This document shows, one piece after another, positions 56,450 to 59,738 of a stretch of 59,738 bases of DNA (the stretch's first letter is position 1; each line of letters opens with the position of its first letter). Source of the stretch: a virus (Duplodnaviria; Caudoviricetes). Both the position numbers and the translations under genes were made by a program. The notes under the pieces were generated by a model. It worked only from the letters and a program-made list of their open reading frames with translations. It ran no database searches and was not told where the DNA came from. The stretch spans positions 1-59,738 of the IMG/VR virus record IMGVR_UViG_3300032227_001215; one strand, given 5' to 3'.

Positions 56450-56788
56450 TTATAATATCCATCCTGATACTAAATCTCGACTCCAGATTTTCTCTTGGCT
56501 ATCCTCCAATGCAATAGCAAATACATCTGGATGACCGGGTTGAGCAGCTCTGGCATTACCATTATCGAAGGGAACCAATCTATCACCTTTTTTAATTGGT
56601 GCTATACATCGTATCTGTGCTCTGCCTTTAACGACTACTGTTACTGTAGATTGATCGATGTTAGATACCACACCAACTGCTTTACCACCATTTGAGCAGG
56701 CAACTATTTCAGCAGTTCCTCCAATAGAAACCACTATTCCTACCGAGAGATCAGTATCTGATTGGAATAATTCAGTTACAACAGTCAT
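56450..56788 (-). CDS. Stand-alone homolog of the C-terminal domain of 55207..56448
   Basis: VGIVVSIGG.AEI...GVVS...VKGR...IKKGDRLV...AIAL aligns with the neighbour's C-terminus. Confidence 0.7.
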   Translation of the reverse strand: MTVVTELFQSDTDLSVGIVVSIGGTAEIVACSNGGKAVGVVSNIDQSTVTVVVKGRAQIRCIAPIKKGDRLVPFDNGNARAAQPGHPDVFAIALEDSQEKIWSRDLVSGWIL

Positions 56789-56791
56789 ATT

Positions 56792-57778
56792 TTAAATCCT
56801 TGAAAATTCACTTATAACATTACTAGCCGAAAAAGAACCGCCTGTGCTCTTGCTTACCCATACTCCACCTCCACTTTGTGCTGCTATAAAAAGTCTAATT
56901 TGATAGAGATTAGGATTAACAGTCGAGCTTAATAACACCCTTGCTTCGCTATTAACTGGAACTCCTGTTTCTTTCAATGTAGCTGTGTAATGATTAGGAA
57001 TTGGATCTATTCCTGTATTAATAGGATAAACCGATCTCAAAACCTGAGAAATTCTAGAGTTTTGAGTAAGTATTTGTATAGGATCAGATTCATATAAATT
57101 ATCCCGTATGGTAATATAACTTAAATTTAAATCTAATGTTAGATACTTGTTTGAAATCTTTCCACTATATTGAATATCTCCGAGAACAGTTAGTCCTTTA
57201 ACTGTGGATGTAGTTGTTCCCGATGTTAGATAAGAAAAATTTGTTAAAGAATTGATAACAAAAGGTTCAGAAGTCAGATACCCAAGTGTAACACCATGGT
57301 TTTTAATTAATGTTACATTTTTAGCATCATTATCAATATCCTTAACAGGAACCGTAGGCAAAACAAAACCATTCTCACCAATTAATTTAGGAAATGCAGG
57401 ACCCACAACAGTAGTTGTATTACCAGTATAAACTTTCAATTGAGAATTAGTAGAGTCCCACCATAGATCTCCAAGTACTAATGATGGCTGAACGGGTGAT
57501 ATAATTGCTCCACCGACAGGGCTAAAAGACCCGTCGTAAACTTTTAGTCGCTTGATACCCGGAGTAGAATCATACCATAATTGACCTTTTAATGGACTAC
57601 GCGGAGGCGAATTGTTTGCCGAATTGGCTAACAACTTAACGAGATTATTATTAAATTCTTGTCCAAATCCTGTATAATTTTTTCCAATTAAAGTCAGGCT
57701 AGTAGTAAATTGATCAATGGTGCTGTCTGCTAGAGACAACAATTTAGATCCGTCTGTATTTGATATTGTATATGCCAT
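56792..57778 (-). CDS. Baseplate/tail structural protein, paralog of the N-terminal part of 55207..56448
   Basis: MAYTISNTDG...TSLTLIGKNYTGFGQ...GQLWYD...GDLWWD. Confidence 0.72.
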   Translation of the reverse strand: MAYTISNTDGSKLLSLADSTIDQFTTSLTLIGKNYTGFGQEFNNNLVKLLANSANNSPPRSPLKGQLWYDSTPGIKRLKVYDGSFSPVGGAIISPVQPSLVLGDLWWDSTNSQLKVYTGNTTTVVGPAFPKLIGENGFVLPTVPVKDIDNDAKNVTLIKNHGVTLGYLTSEPFVINSLTNFSYLTSGTTTSTVKGLTVLGDIQYSGKISNKYLTLDLNLSYITIRDNLYESDPIQILTQNSRISQVLRSVYPINTGIDPIPNHYTATLKETGVPVNSEARVLLSSTVNPNLYQIRLFIAAQSGGGVWVSKSTGGSFSASNVISEFSRI

Positions 57779-57784
57779 TTGATT

Positions 57785-59737
57785 TTATCCAATTCTCCAT
57801 TCGGATCCAGTATAATAAACAGGAACCATAAACGATCCCCCACCGGCCGCAACACTATAAAATATACTGGTGTTAGCATCACTTACAAATGCCCGCATTC
57901 CCTGGAGTCCAGATGGCAATGTTGCCACTGTGTATGTAGGGGTTATTAGAGGCGTAAGTGTCTGTACATAGGTTTTAGCTATGTTTAATGGTGTTACAGC
58001 ATCAACTGTAAGGTTTAATTGCTTACCGATTCTATCATACGCCCAATAAGAATTAATACCGAAAACTATTAAAGGATTACCGCTGCTCATTGTGAGATAA
58101 AAATTATCGTCATTCAATGTTAATCGGTCTAAAGTAGTCCATACCGGACCCTTTGTTCTACCCAATAGATTAGATGATAGATCCATTGTTCCGTCGAAAT
58201 AGACCACGCTACCATCATTTTCAATGCCATATCCTGTATTGCCAACAGATTTACCTGCCTGAACCCTAACTTGATAACTGTTTATAGCCGAAGAAATTTT
58301 AATTCCACTATATGCTGTTCCTGTTACCTTGGCAAATCCGCCACCGGCTATCGAAGGGCCAACGCTGCCAGATTTTGTAAATGTAGTTCCTACATTATTA
58401 TTAAGGGCGCCAATTGCTGTCCAATTGGTACTACCTGGGTTTATAATAGTATAATTTACTCCGTTCTTTAACCACTCATCATAAAAAATTCCTGCACCTT
58501 GAATATAAGGGATGTCAAAATCATAATCAAGACCGGCTAATATTTCCACACCATGTTGAGTGGGATAATCAATCTCAAGATCAGTAAATCTAGCGATAGC
58601 CGGAGGGGTCCCGCCACTGGTGTTTTGAATAATTACACCTTTGGTTGCTATTAACCCAAGATTAGCGCAGGATAATGAATGACAGTTACCATCCCAATTC
58701 AATCCGTAACCACCGCAATTTATAACAGCAAAATTAATACGTAAAATATCTGATCTGTCAGCTCGCCCATTTCTTATCTGATCTGAACCATACCAGGTGA
58801 TACCAGTTCCTGACGGAAAATTATAGACATTATTACTAAATTGTGCCCCACCGGCAACTGCCCATATCCAATCAACAGTACATTGATTACATTGGCGTAC
58901 ATATAAAACCGATCCGCCTGATTGTAATCCAATGTTTATACCGTATATTTTACGAATAGAAACTCTGTTAGCAAAATCAACTACAACCGCAGTACCGGAT
59001 AGTAATGGGGAATTAAATGTTAAGTCTAATTCTACTCCATTACAATCTCCTGTAACTTTAACTGCTTGGATATTGCCCTCTGCCTGTATATAACCAGGAC
59101 CGCCAAATCTTTGACTATCTGTAGTAATGGTTAATCCAGAAGTGATACGATAAGTTTTTCCATTTGTAAGATATACAGATTTGCCAGTATTAATAGCAGC
59201 CTGTATTGCTGCGGTATCGTCTGTTATACCATTGCCTACTGCACCAAAATCTTCCGGAGTAACATAAATTTCTTTTAACTTGGCGTCAACAGTTCTTACA
59301 GTCGAGGCAGTAATTTGTGTAAAGGTTGACAGTCCACTTGATCCACTTGGTCCACTTGGTCCACTTGGTCCAGTTGGCCCAGGACTTCCTACTCCACTTG
59401 GCCCACTTGATCCACTTGGTCCACTTGGTCCACTTGGTCCACTTGGTCCGGATGGACCGTTAGCAGGGCCACTTGGTCCACTTGGTCCAGTTGGCCCGGG
59501 ACTTCCTACGCCACTTGGTCCACTTGGTCCACTTGATCCACTTGGTCCGGATGGACCGTTAGCAGGGCCACTTGGTCCACTTGGTCCAGTTGGCCCGGGA
59601 CTTCCTACGCCACTTGGTCCACTTGGTCCACTTGATCCACTTGGTCCACTTGGTCCGGATGGACCGTTAGCAGGGCCACTTGGTCCACTTGGTCCAGTTG
59701 GCCCGGGACTTCCTACGCCACTTGGTCCACTTGGTCC
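57785..59737 (-). CDS. Tail spike/fibre: collagen repeats plus pectate-lyase-like beta-helix (5' end off the right edge)
   Basis: The frame stays open upstream of the tracked TTG at 58702; contains [28 protein letters not shown] and GPS triplets. Confidence 0.8.
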   Translation of the reverse strand, partial: GPSGPSGVGSPGPTGPSGPSGPANGPSGPSGPSGSSGPSGPSGVGSPGPTGPSGPSGPANGPSGPSGSSGPSGPSGVGSPGPTGPSGPSGPANGPSGPSGPSGPSGPSGSSGPSGVGSPGPTGPSGPSGPSGSSGLSTFTQITASTVRTVDAKLKEIYVTPEDFGAVGNGITDDTAAIQAAINTGKSVYLTNGKTYRITSGLTITTDSQRFGGPGYIQAEGNIQAVKVTGDCNGVELDLTFNSPLLSGTAVVVDFANRVSIRKIYGINIGLQSGGSVLYVRQCNQCTVDWIWAVAGGAQFSNNVYNFPSGTGITWYGSDQIRNGRADRSDILRINFAVINCGGYGLNWDGNCHSLSCANLGLIATKGVIIQNTSGGTPPAIARFTDLEIDYPTQHGVEILAGLDYDFDIPYIQGAGIFYDEWLKNGVNYTIINPGSTNWTAIGALNNNVGTTFTKSGSVGPSIAGGGFAKVTGTAYSGIKISSAINSYQVRVQAGKSVGNTGYGIENDGSVVYFDGTMDLSSNLLGRTKGPVWTTLDRLTLNDDNFYLTMSSGNPLIVFGINSYWAYDRIGKQLNLTVDAVTPLNIAKTYVQTLTPLITPTYTVATLPSGLQGMRAFVSDANTSIFYSVAAGGGSFMVPVYYTGSEWRIG

Positions 59738-59738
59738 A
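59331..59738 (-). repeat. Collagen GPS repeats with a higher-order unit containing GPAN and GVGSPGPT
   Basis: Direct ccacttggt repeats and recurring ggaccgttagcagggcc. Confidence 0.95.

Noticed and set aside
1-59738. Stop-codon reassignment as seen in some large phages
   Set aside because: Conserved genes (polymerase, clpA, thyA, phoH) are full length in the standard code and coding density is high

Overview
A 59.7-kb, AT-rich, densely coding segment of a large (jumbo-type) lytic tailed dsDNA phage with T4-like features, most likely infecting a Gram-negative host (inferred from spanins, an autotransporter-like protein and a ClpA). It uses the standard genetic code, and I see no tRNA, rRNA, CRISPR array or integrase. 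Left to right: (1) tail/fibre genes (subtilase, collagen-like fibres with S74 chaperones, a 1.86-kb tandem duplication); (2) a mini DnaE-like fragment, GroES, clamp loader and PhoH; (3) a lysis cassette (i-spanin with embedded o-spanin, GH19 endolysin, two holin-like genes, a secreted basic peptide); (4) dnaJ-def-clpA; (5) a block of probable capsid-packaged proteins sharing a T4 CTS-like N-terminus, including a 1245-aa nucleotidyltransferase/ligase-like/HxGH fusion, a lytic transglycosylase and a deaminase, interspersed with Dps and a GIY-YIG endonuclease; (6) family B DNA polymerase and sliding clamp; (7) a 7-deazaguanine-type cluster (TGT/DpdA-like, QueD-like, QueE) with a GT-B glycosyltransferase, methyltransferase, cupin, second radical SAM enzyme and MazG-like gene; (8) 5'-3' exonuclease, MoxR/VWA pair and thyA; (9) convergent minus-strand baseplate/tail genes. 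The strongest candidates for a new system are the deazaguanine plus glycosyltransferase cluster (possible sugar-hypermodified DNA base) and the packaged NTase-ligase-HxGH polyprotein block. Twin identical-loop hairpins at the polymerase RBS are also notable. All calls come from motif recognition by eye; no searches were run.
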